Below are positions 1-11,570 of a DNA stretch of 64,000 nt, in pieces. The translations under genes and the position numbers were made by a program. Location: contig CM060734.1 in assembly GCA_030704615.1 (NCBI GenBank), forward strand, positions 24,118,001-24,182,000, in the 5' to 3' direction. Origin of the DNA: Takakia lepidozioides. Taxonomy: Eukaryota > Plantae > Bryophyta. The notes under the pieces are model-generated. The model was given only the letters and a program-made list of their open reading frames with translations, was not told the origin of the DNA and searched no databases. The first letter of the stretch is position 1. Each line of letters begins with the position of its first letter.

Positions 1-250
1 CCATTTTTCCAGTCATGCAGGTAATTCGAAGAGCGGATGGATGGAAATCCGGCACCGGAGTAGGTCGGCGCGCAAAATTTCCATCATGCAGGTAATTCAG
101 AGCGCGGATGGATGGAAATCTGGCACCGGATTTCCATCCATCCGCACTTCGAATTACCTCCATGACTGGAAAAAAGGCGCCGAATTTCCGATTTTGGTGC
201 CAGTCAGATCTGGGACTTAGCCGTTTTCGGCCCCGAACTGGAAAAATGGC

Positions 251-284
<34 letters not shown>

Positions 285-705
285 CGGCGCCATTTTTCTA
301 GTTCGGGGCCGAAAATGGCTAAGTCCCAGATCTGACTGGCACCAAAATCGGAAATTCGGCGCCATTTTTCCAGTCATGTAATTCGGAGAGCGGATGGATG
401 GAAATCCGGCGCCGGATTTCCATCCGCCAGGTAGGTCGGCGCGCAAAATTTCCATCATGCAGGTAATTCGGAGCGCGGATGGATGGAAATCCGGCGCCGG
501 ATTTCCATCCGCCAGGTAGGTCGGCGCGCAAAATTTCCATCATGCAGGTAATTCGGAGCGCGGATGGATGGAAATCCGGCGCCGGATTTCCATCCATCCG
601 CTCTTCGAATTACCTCCATGACTGGAAAAATGGCGCCGAATTTCCGATTTTGGTGCCAGTCAGATCTGGGACTTAGCCGTTTTCGGCCCGATCTGGAAAA
701 AAAAC

Positions 706-756
<51 letters not shown>

Positions 757-1735
757 CCGGCGCCATTTTTCCAGTTCGGGGGCGGAAATGGCTAAGTCCC
801 AGATCTGACTGGCACCAAAATCGGAAATTCGGCGACATTTTTCCAGTCATGCAGGTAATTCGAAGAGCGAATGGATGGAAATCCGGCACCGGAGTAGGTC
901 GGCGCGCAAAATTTCCATCATGCAGGTAATTCGGAGCGCGGATGGATGGAAATCCGGCGCCGGATTTCCATCCATCCGCTCTTCGAATTACCTCCATGAC
1001 TGGAAAAATGGCGCCGAATTTCCGATTTTGCTGCCAGTCAGATCTGGGACTTAGCCGTTTTCGGCCCCGAAAAGGAAAAATGGCGGTTTTTTTTTTTTTT
1101 TTTTTTTTTTGGCGCCATTTTTCCAATTTGGGGCCGAAAATGGCTAAGTCCCAGATATGACTGGCACCAAAATCGGAAATTCGGCGCCATTTTTCTAGTC
1201 ATGCAGGTAATTCGAAGAGCGGATGGATGGAAATCCGGCGCCGGACTTACATCCGCCATGTAGGTCGGCGCGCAAAATTTCCATCATGCAGGTAATTCGG
1301 AGCGCGGATGGATGAAAATCCGGCGCCGGATTTCCATCCATCCGCTCTTCGAATTACCTCCATGACTGGAAAAATGGCGCCGAATTTCCGATTTTGGAGC
1401 CAGTCAGATCTCGAACTTAGCCGTTTTCGGCCCCGAACAGGAAAAATGGAGTTTTTTTTTTTTTTTTTTTTTGGCGCCATTTTTCCAGTTCGGGGCTGAA
1501 AATGGCTAAGTCCCAGATCTGACTGGCACCAAAATCGGAAATTCGGCGCCATTTTTCCAGTCATGCAGGTAATTCGAAGAGCGGATGGATGGAAATCCGG
1601 CGCCGGATTTCAATCCGCCAGGTAGGTCGGCGCGCAAAATTTCCGTCTTGCAGGTAATTCGAAGCGCGGATGGATGGAAATCCGGCGCCGGATTTCCATC
1701 CTCCAGGTAAGTCGGCGCTGCAAATTCCGTAGGGC
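1..1735. repeat. Tandem fold-back units: ~115-135-bp inverted arms around poly(T) loops
   Basis: Poly(T) tracts at ~252-284, 707-756, 1086-1110 and 1452-1472 are each flanked by inverted arms containing GGAAAAATGGCGCCGAATTTCC and GGGACTTAGCC/GGCTAAGTCCC. Confidence 0.85.
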
Positions 1736-1739
1736 GGCG

Positions 1740-3200
1740 CGCCAAATTTCCCTCACGCAGGTAATTCGGAAGCGGATGGATGGAAATCCGGCGCCGAATT
1801 TCCATCCTGCAGGTAATTCGAATCCCGGATAGATGGAAATTCGGCGCCGAATTTCCATCCTGCAGGTAATTCGAATCCCGGATGGATGGAAATTCGGCGT
1901 CGAATTTCCATCCAGCAGGTAAGTGCAATCGCGGATGGATGGAAATCCGGCGCCCAATTTCCATCCAGCAGGTAAGTGGAATCGCGGATGGATGGAAATC
2001 CGCGCCGTGTTTCCATCCAGCAGGTAAGTGGAATCCCCGATGGATGGAAATCCGGCGCCGTATTTCCATCTTGCTGGTAATTCGAATCCCGGATGGATGG
2101 AAATCCGGCGCCGAATTTCCATCCAGCAGGTAAGTCGGATCGCTTGCGTATGGATATTCGGCGCCGAATTTCCATTCACAAGGTATTTCATCGCTCAGAA
2201 TTACCTTCCTGCAGGTAATTCTGATTGATGAGTTACCTTCCTGCAGGTAATTCTGATCGATGGATTACCTTCGTGCAGGTAATTCTGAGCGAGGAATTAC
2301 CTTCCTACCTTCATCGATCAGAATTACCTGCAGGAAGGTAATTCTGAGCGATGAAATACCTGGTGAATGGAAATTCGGCGCCGAATATCCATACGCCAGC
2401 GATCCGACTTACCTGCTGGATGGAAATTCGGCGCCGAATTTCCATCCGTCCGGGATTCGAATTACCTGCAGGATGGAAATTCGGCGCCGGATTTCCATCC
2501 GTCCGGGATTGCACTTACCTGCTGGATGGAAATTCGGCGCCGAATTTCCATCCGGGGGATGGTCTCTGTCGGAGAGGTGTCGGCCTCTCCGCCGCTCTGT
2601 TGGATATTCGGTGCCGAATTTCCGTCCGGGGGTTAAAATATGACGGCCAGGTGCCGACCTCTCCCCCCTCCCCGACTGCATTGGAACGGCCCCGGATTGA
2701 AATTCGGCGCCGTTTTCCCATCTGGGGAGGTTTTTATGTCGGCCAGTTTTCGGTCTGACCCCCCAACACGACTTCCTTTGGGAGGGCCCGGATGGAAATT
2801 CGGTGCCGAATCTCCATCGAGGGGATGCTCTCTGTCGAACACGTGCCGACCTCTACGCCCGAGGCGACTTCATCCGGGCGTCCCCTGTTCGATATTCGGT
2901 GCCGAATTTCCGTCCGGGGGTTGAAATGTGACGGCCAAGTGTTGGCCTCTCCCCCCTCCCCGAGTGCATCCGATCCGCCCCGGATGGAAATTCGGCGCCG
3001 TTTTTCCATCTGGGGATGTTTTTATGCCGGCCAGTTTTCGGCTTAACCCCCCGACACGACTTCCTTTGGGGGGGCCCGGATGGAAATTCGGCGCCGAATC
3101 TCCATCCAGGGGATGTTCTCTGTCGCACACGCGCCGGCCTCTGCGCCCGAGGCAACTTCATCCGGGCTTCCCCTGTTGGATATTGGGTGCCGAATTTCCA
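1740..3200. repeat. Subfamily-A palindrome array upstream of the transposase
   Basis: GGAAATTCGGCGCCGAATTTCC variants with centres at 1792, 1845, 1898, 1951, 2003, 2056, 2109, 2162 (53-bp period); 2379-2538 (53); then 2612 (74); then 2708, 2804, 2900, 2996, 3092, 3188 (96). Confidence 0.9.
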
Positions 3201-3505
3201 TTTGGGGGTAGTAATGTGACGGCACGGTGCCGGCTTCTCCCCTTCAGCCGTCATCATCCGGACGGCCCCCCACTTTCTGACTGCATACCGTTGGCAATTA
3301 TTGCGCAAAGACCAGGGGCCGCATTCCGGAGACAAGGTTCATTAACACTCTGACTATGGATTTTTGAGATAGTTGGCTCCCTGGATTTGGATCAGGCTTC
3401 GTCGCTCGGACAAATCGGCATCGCATTCATTCCCATCGCTGCATCCCCCTTCTACCAGGGAGCTTCCCCGCACGCCATCCTGGCAGTCTTGTGTGCACAT
3501 CTCCC

Positions 3506-6087
3506 ATGGCGGAAAACCCGAGCGCTACAGTGTACTGCCCTCCTCACGAGCATAGAGCTTCATTTCCGTGCAGAGGGGACATCTGTCGGGTGATGGAGAA
3601 ATATCTGTGCGTTCGATACCACCTGAAACCGGGGTCGGGTTTTTGGAGGAGGAAAGGAAGGACTCTAACGGCCTTGTTGTCGAGAGTATTGTTGTGCTCC
3701 ACGATGATTTCGGCGATGGCAGGGAATGGCGAGTTCCACCATCGGACAGCGTCATATACAGGGCTGTTGGGGACTTCATTTGCCCGCCAAATGCACCTTC
3801 TATCCTGGCGCCTTCCACGAAACAATCCGCGAATCAGAGAGTGGCTACCTCAAAGAGTGGCTACCTCAAAGAGAGAAGTCGGCAACGAAGTAAATCCAGA
3901 GCCGAACCCATCCATGAAGACGAGCGAGAACCGGGTTGTTCACAACCTGTCCGACTCAGACGAGGTCATGGAAGTTCCGAGGTCGTCCTGGAGATCAGGC
4001 AAGTCCTCAATGGACGTCAGTGGAGGAGGGAGTCATATTCCCAGCACAAGCACCGCAGTTCGATCTATTCTTGAAATTCTGCGAGGGCTTCACCTGGAGG
4101 GACACCGGTCGGAGCTGGCCGGGCTGGACTACAGCAAGTTCGCAATTAAATCGGTTACATGCCTTCCCGCCGACGTCGACGGTAATATCTTCTTTGAGTT
4201 CCCTCCTCGGGCGGACTACTCGAGGGCGTCGGAATGTTGACAGATATGGATAGAAAACATATCCTTGGTGCGTTACCAAAACCACCAGCATGAAGATGCT
4301 CGATGGTGTGCGGGTGCGCTATGTTGTTTGTGCGGGCGCGTTGCGGTGTTTCTCCCCAACTTGCTTCCACTTTAAATCCAGAGGTCACAGGAACGAGACC
4401 GATTGGACAGGCACAGCTCATCAACCATTTCGAGCTCAGGAGAAGGTTCCGAACTCCACATTTAAGCATTGCTGGAGTCGGTGTCCCACGTATGTTCACC
4501 GAATGTCCGAAACCACATTGTCTCATGCAAACAGAAAATTGGGCGTGGCTCGGATATGCACTCCATTCTGGAGGTGAAGCGACGATGTGGATATGACTAC
4601 ATTCATGGAAGTAGGTTTCAAGGACAAGGGACTGAGGCATATCGTTGTTTCGTATTCAAAATGTCCACGGGTGGACCTGGCAGCGGCGTCGAACTGGTCG
4701 ACAGGATGATGAGTGGGAACTTGTCAAACAGTTGGGTCATGTTCGACCATATCAAGCGAATTACAAATCACCAGTGGGTGACAATGGGTGCACATGTCTA
4801 CGACACCCACTGCAGGATGCTAATGACAATTGCTATTTGTGAGATGAAAGGAGAGGACACACAATCGGAGATGCTTCTTTGGCAGGGAATAAACGAACAG
4901 ATGGCCAAGGCGGGATTGCCCCCTCCCAATTCCCGTGGTTTCATGGCGGACAACGCACAAGCAAATTGGGCTACCATCCGAAGGGTGTACGGGCAAGACC
5001 CCAATGTTCCCATGGAAGGCAAGGAGAGATCTTGTGGGTTCCATTTTCTGCAGAACCTTTCGCAGTACACAACCAGGCTCGTGGCGCCAGATTTCAGAGA
5101 GGAGCACCGTTCCATGTGCCTTGCGTGGAAGCGCGCTCCCACCTTGGATGATGCAGAGACACAGTTTGCATGCATACGGGCTTGGTGGACATCGTCAGGT
5201 GCTGTAAGGAAATCAGACGAGGGAGGAATGGTCAGTTGGCTAGCATGGTGGCATTATCGTTTCCTCCAGTTCGGTGACTATATTCGGGAGGTGAGTTGCA
5301 CGAATTCGCGTCCCGTTGAATATTATTCTTGGCCATATTTGTAACTTGCTTGTAACCTGAACATGTGCTTGTGCAGGAAATGTGTCTCGACTCCGACACC
5401 GACATGCCCACGACAAACATGGCCGAATCAGTGCACTCTTCCTGGCGTGCCTCCTCTGCAGCGCATCTGGTGGACATCCTCACTGCCACAACGGAGGACA
5501 TTATGAGGTCAATTATGCAGCAATGCAGGTACAAGGAGTTCTTGAAAGGGAAACAGTGGGGCTTGGGGCCGGACAGGCAGGAAATGGTGCAACGCACAGA
5601 CATCCCGGCCCACGCATTTCCGGTTCCTCAGACCCAGCCATTGCAGACTGCTCGGTCCAGTAGAGACGGATTGGACAATTCTGCACATCCCACAATGCGA
5701 TTCGGAAGAGTGAAGAGACGACACCCTCCCAACAAGTTGAATGAGACTCGGATTGCCAATGCTCTTGGGATGGCTTGCACTATTCAGAGCTCCGTGGACG
5801 TACCCCCACCCGACCTTGGGCGTGTGTATCGGATGGCAACGGCCGGCTCGGCTGTACGCGACGATGTATACACAATTACGATTGGAGTGGAGCCGACTTG
5901 CAATTGTACGGACTTCTCGTTGATGGAAGCAAAGAAGGGTTCCAAGTATTATCCGTGCAAGCATCTGTATTACATTTACCTGAAGAGGTTGAGGATGAAC
6001 GTGACTATTGATGACTTTATTCATGCACCGGCGTTGAGCATGAACGAACTGCACAAACTCCTCCTTAGGGATTCCAGAAATCATTGA
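3506..6087 (+). pseudogene. MULE transposase (GCM-like/DDE/SWIM), frameshifted with two internal deletions
   Basis: Motifs WVMFDH, FMADNAQA, CGFH, TNMAESVH and SWIM CNC...CKH. Intron ~5291-5376. Lacks the segments present at ~26340-26620 and ~24510-25213 of copy A2. Confidence 0.85.
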
Positions 6088-6239
6088 TGGGGTAAACGGA
6101 ATCCTCCATATGGATATTTTCAATTGCATTTTGCTGTATCAGATTTTTTTTTGCAGTGTAATGAAATGCACCCCAAAACTCCTGGAATGAGGCAATATTC
6201 CATTCAAACTGAGATCCAACAGAAGCAGTTGTGGGGCCA

Positions 6240-6680
6240 TTTCTGGAAAAATGGCGCCGAATTCTCTTTTTGGGGCCGAAAACTGGCTAAGTCCCAACCT
6301 GCACTGGTACCTGTGTCTGGGAAAATGGCGCCAAATTTCTCTTTTTTGGGCCGAAAACTGGCTAAGTCCCAACATGCACTGGTACCGTGTCTGGAAAAAT
6401 GGCGCCGAATTTCTCTTTTTTGGGCCGAAAACTGGCTAAGTCCCAACATGCACTGGTACAGTGTCTGGAAAAATGGCGCCGAATTTCCCTATTTTGCGCC
6501 GAAAACTGGCTAAGTCCGAACATGCACTGGAAAAATGGCGCCGAATTACCTGTCATGAGGGGACCTATAGCCGCGGAATTCGGCACCATTTTTCGCCAGA
6601 GAGACCTATTACCGCGAAATACGTCGCCGTTTTTTCAGGTTACGGACCCTATTACCGCGAAATTCGGCGCCATATTTGCA
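6240..6680. repeat. 3' subterminal palindrome array, 74-bp period
   Basis: GGCGCC centres at 6255, 6329, 6403, 6477, then 6539. Each unit also carries GGCTAAGTCCC. Confidence 0.85.
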
Positions 6681-6829
6681 CATGTCGCTGGGAATTGGCA
6701 TGAGCGGAAGACGAAATATCATGAGCACAACTGTCAAAACTGCAATTTTCCCTTCAAGGGGCCGAATAATATATCTGTTTTTCCTGACACATTGCATTAA
6801 ATTATTGTTTTTTATTTTCGAAATTTGTA

Positions 6830-6900
6830 CTTCTGCTCATGAAAACCGATTGTCTTACTACTCTGCTCATGCCGCTCATGCTCATGAAATAGCAAACCTC
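6830..6900. repeat. Transposon terminus with GCTCATG subrepeats
   Basis: Several GCTCATG/CATGAGC heptamers and terminal AATAGCAAACCTC; reverse complement of 23255-23325. Confidence 0.85.
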
Positions 6901-9900
6901 CCAGTGGATGAAATCGCGGGATGGTTTGCTAACCGCCTCTCTGCCCTAAGCACGGCACGATACTCGTGCTTGTTTTCTCTGGAGGATGGCGATGGCGGCT
7001 GAGCTTAGTGCTCCAGCATCACGATGCGCGTGCATTTTGTTTTTTCTTGCGCGATGGCGGCAGACTCTTCCATTTCCCGCACTGGCAAATGACCTACTGC
7101 TGTGTTTGCCTGCGATCTTTCTTATTCGTGAAGCAGCGGCGCTCATAAGGTGATGGGGGAAGTATCATGCACTTTGTAAAATATGCAATTTGTCCTCAAG
7201 TATCCCAATTTGTTGCATTCTGCTGTGATCTCTTGAGATTCAGGTGTTGAATGCCGCAGCGTCCCACTCCACAAACGATTAAAGTTCTTTGTGGTGTCGC
7301 ATCTATGTTTTACTTTTGATCAATTTGCTCACTGTAGAATGCATGTTGGACATGGATAGCAACTGTGAAGACCTGCTACTCACCTCGTGCATCCTCACTG
7401 ACACACATCTTGATGTGGTGGTTTTTGGGACGGGCACAGGTGAGGGTCTTCACTGGATGTGTATTTTTTCAGTTTGCAGATGATCAAAGGACTTGGCGAT
7501 GGTGACGATTGACGCTACATACTGCTTCAGTGGGGCATCTGATACGATTCGGCCTCTCAACCTTAATCCTTTTTGGTTTTTATGGGTTGTAACCTGATTA
7601 TAAGTCAGTTTTCTGGTATGATACCAGTCTTAACTTTGGCACCATATTAGTGGGGTTTTCAACCTGATTGTAAATCAGTTTTCTGGCATGATACCAGTCT
7701 GAGCTTCGGGTGCATTTTGATATGGTGCTGGAGTACCATCTCCAGACCTTATAAGGCTATCCAATGATGCTTAAGATAGGCCTTCTTATGCTGATTTAAC
7801 ACGGTAAGTACCAAGCGATACTTTTTGAACATTGAGGTCAGAGTTCTAAATTTAAAACAGCCCTGGTTACACTGTTCTAACTTGGAGATTACCAAGCAGC
7901 TGGCGTGATGGGCTTTTCAGATTACATAACACCTGTTTTAAGGTTGCGAACCATCCTTTGAATTTGAAACAGGTTCAGTTTTACTATGTTAACTTGGAAA
8001 GTACCAAGCTGTACTTGACTTGGAAGAATACCAAGCAGTGGTCTTGTTGGGCTTTTTCAAAATACATAGGGGCTGGTTTAACTTATCAAACTAGCCTTTT
8101 GGAATACCCTTTGAGCTGGTGTTGTCTATAAAGTTCTGATTATGCTCATTGTAGCACTCCACTCTGATTGAGTTTTGGAGATCGATGATTGGAAAACCAG
8201 ATCCAGACCTTTGTGCATTCATGGAACATAGACATAGCATGCTGGCTGGTCTACATTATCAGGCTGGGCTCTTGGAATTGCAACACCTGCAACTCATTCT
8301 CAAAGGCTCAAGTGTCTATGTTGATCTGGTATGTACCAAAGGTGGTGTTTGTCCCGATTGTTTTATAAGAAAAACAAGACTCCTTCAATGATGAATGACA
8401 TCTGAATCTAGGGCGATGGTTGTCTTGGAAATCCCACCCTCCCACCCTAATTTTTTTTTTCATGTGTTTTCAGGAAGATGACACGAGTTTTTATCAGGTA
8501 AGATACTGCCTATGGAAGGTGAAGTTAGATAGTGCCTTGTTATGAGGCTGATTTGTCGTTGATTTGACAAAGACCTTGTTTGGTCTTGTCCATGTCCCGA
8601 CAAGACATAGTATCTTCCCTCTCTATTCTTGACCAGTGTACTCAGTGGTTTCTGTACACACACACTCTCTCTCTCTCTCTCACCTGCCATTTTCCAGTTT
8701 TCTTACTATGATGTACTAACACCTTTAATGGAAAGCCACGGGGTATCAGCCCCCTATACCTCCATAACAATAGTGTGGAGCAACAAATCCCTCATAAGGT
8801 ATGATGATCCTCTCCGACAAAAATTTGTTGGCGGATTGGACAACGAGAGAAAGGCATTGCTTTGAAGAACATCTAAGGGTTTCTTGCATACTGATATTAT
8901 GAGCTAGGCCCGGGTAAAACAGCCTGTTAGAGTATGTGTGTACACCTTCTACATGATCCGGTCAATGCACATTACTCCTGTTAACTGGTAACCTGTAGTT
9001 GATGCCTTATGTCAGCATCAGATCCCTTATGATGAAAAGCCTTCCCTACTCGTGGGCTTTAATACTTCTCCTGGAGTGGGTTTGCTCTTTATAGCACCAC
9101 TAAAAAAATGCCCAGGTGTAACGTGATATGTCCTTTCACATACCTTAAGGAAATCTGGTTTTAAAACCATAAAGCTGGCTGATATGGTGAAAAAGATGGG
9201 CAGCAGATTGCTGCCAATGTTTTTATTCACATGTTCATGTTGTGAATCACGGGCAGTAGACTACTGCCACTGGCTGAAGAACACAAGTTCTTATTCATAC
9301 CTTTGGAAAAAACGGTTCTAACCATAAAGTTGGCTGATATGGTGGAAAAATGTGCAGTAATTTACTGCCATCGGTTGAAGAACACCTGTAATTTATGAAC
9401 TCTTGCGTGCCCCAGCTATATGAATGTTTTGTCCATATAATTTTCTCTTGACTTGGGAAGCAGAGACTGTAGCTTTTTAACCAAAGATAAAACTACATCG
9501 CACGGAGATTCTTCCTTGGTCTCTACTTCTTTACAAGAGCTTGTTGACAAGATAAGAGGTAAGACGGAAAACGCATGACTCTATATTCTTGCCAAGTTTG
9601 ATTTATGCTATGCCAATGTTCACTCGTGATCTGAGGGCAGAGAGAACGTAGACCTTTTATCTTTTTTGGTATTCAAGTCCAAGGACATAACTACATTGTA
9701 GAGGGAGAGCCTTATGAGAATGGGTCCGGTATGCACTCCCTTACGGGGTGAGTGCATACCACACTCACTCCATAAGGGACTGCCATACCAGGGGTTGGAT
9801 GGTGGGCGCCCCCTCTCTCCCTCTCTCCAATTATCTGTTTGGGATTAACAATTATTTTCCTAAGCCTACCTGGTTTGGAAATACCTTCTTTCTAATCCCT

Positions 9901-11570
9901 AATGGAATATGTTTTGAATTTCATCCATACCGGATGAAAAATATGCCAGGTATAATCCCTAACTGGATGAATTATTGTCTCGAGCCTTACCACTAAGGAT
10001 GTAGCCTGCAACGGATTACATCCATCCTGTGGAGTGGGACGCTGCGGCATTCAACACCTGAATCTCAAGAGATCACAATAGAATGCAACAAATTGGGATA
10101 CTTGAGGACAAATTGCATATTTTACAAAGTGCATGATACTTCCCCCATCACCTTATGAGCGCCGCTGCTTCACGAATAAGAAAGATCGCAGGCAAACACA
10201 GCAGTAGGTCATTTGCCAGTGCGGGAAATGGAAGAGTCTGCCGCCATCGCGCAAGAAAAAACAAAATGCACGCGCATCGTGATGCTGGAGCACTCAGCTC
10301 AGCCGCCATCGCCATCCTCCAGAGAAAACAAGCACGAGTATCGTGCCGTGCTTAGGGCAGAGAGGCGGTTAGCAAACCATCCCGCGATTTCATCCACTGG
10401 GATGAAATTTTGCACTTCATTAGAGTTACATCCTCTTAGGTTTACATCCGTTAGGGTAACGTCCAGGATGGATGTAATCCGTTGCAGGCTACATCCTTAG
10501 TGGTAAGGCTCGAGACAATAATTCATCCAGTTAGGGATTATACCTGGCATATTTTTCATCCGGTATGGATGAAATTCAAAACATATTCCATTAGGGATTA
10601 GAAAGAAGGTATTTCCAAACCAGGTAGGCTTAGGAAAATAATTGTTAATCCCAAACAGATAATTGGAGAGAGGGAGAGAGGGGGCGCCCACCATCCAACC
10701 CCTGGTATGGCAGTCCCTTATGGAGTGAGTGTGGTATGCACTCACCCCGTAAGGGAGTGCATACCGGACCCATTCTCATAAGGCTCTCCCTCTACAATGT
10801 AGTTATGTCCTTGGACTTGAATACCAAAAAAGATAAAAGGTCTACGTTCTCTCTGCCCTCAGATCACGAGTGAACATTGGCATAGCATAAATCAAACTTG
10901 GCAAGAATATAGAGTCATGCGTTTTCCGTCTTACCTCTTATCTTGTCAACAAGCTCTTGTAAAGAAGTAGAGACCAAGGAAGAATCTCCGTGCGATGTAG
11001 TTTTATCTTTGGTTAAAAAGCTACAGTCTCTGCTTCCCAAGTCAAGAGAAAATTATATGGACAAAACATTCATATAGCTGGGGCACGCAAGAGTTCATAA
11101 ATTACAGGTGTTCTTCAACCGATGGCAGTAAATTACTGCACATTTTTCCACCATATCAGCCAACTTTATGGTTAGAATCGTTTTTTCCAAAGGTATGAAT
11201 AAGAACTTGTGTTCTTCAGCCAGTGGCAGTAGTCTACTGCCCGTGATTCACAACATGAACATGTGAATAAAAACATTGGCAGCAATCTGCTGCCCATCTT
11301 TTTCACCATATCAGCCAGCTTTATGGTTTTAAAACCAGATTTCCTTAAGGTATGTGAAAGGACATATCACGTTACACCTGGGCATTTTTTTAGTGGTGCT
11401 ATAAAGAGCAAACCCACATCCAGGAGAAGTATTAAAGCCCACGAGTAGGGAAGGCTTTTCATCATAAGGGATCTGATGCTGACATAAGGCATCAACTACA
11501 GGTTACCAGTTAACAGGAGTAATGTGCATTGACCGGATCATGTAGAAGGTGTACACACATACTCTAACAG
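6901..11570. repeat. Non-coding segment with two interleaved inverted duplications
   Basis: 6901-7273 is inverted at 10028-10400, and 8924-10029 is inverted at 10464-11570. Identical small ORFs appear on opposite strands (6946-7146/10155-10355; 9748-9996/10497-10745). Confidence 0.9.

Larger units (their letters stand above)
1..6900 (+). mobile_element. MULE-like DNA transposon, subfamily A, copy A1 (left part outside window; internally deleted)
   Basis: 1740-6900 is the near-identical reverse complement of ~23255-29560. It ends in ...GCTCATGAAATAGCAAACCTC at 6900, the same terminus as 23255. Confidence 0.85.

Noticed and set aside
1-3200. Centromeric satellite identity
   Set aside because: Cannot be supported from sequence alone; the arrays are internal parts of transposons.
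108-3353. Many overlapping ORFs (MEIRRRISI, GWKFGAEFP, poly-K/F); likewise at 27703-29827, 40334-41010 and 58491-60198
   Set aside because: These are translations of palindromic, stop-poor repeats in all frames, with no coding signal.
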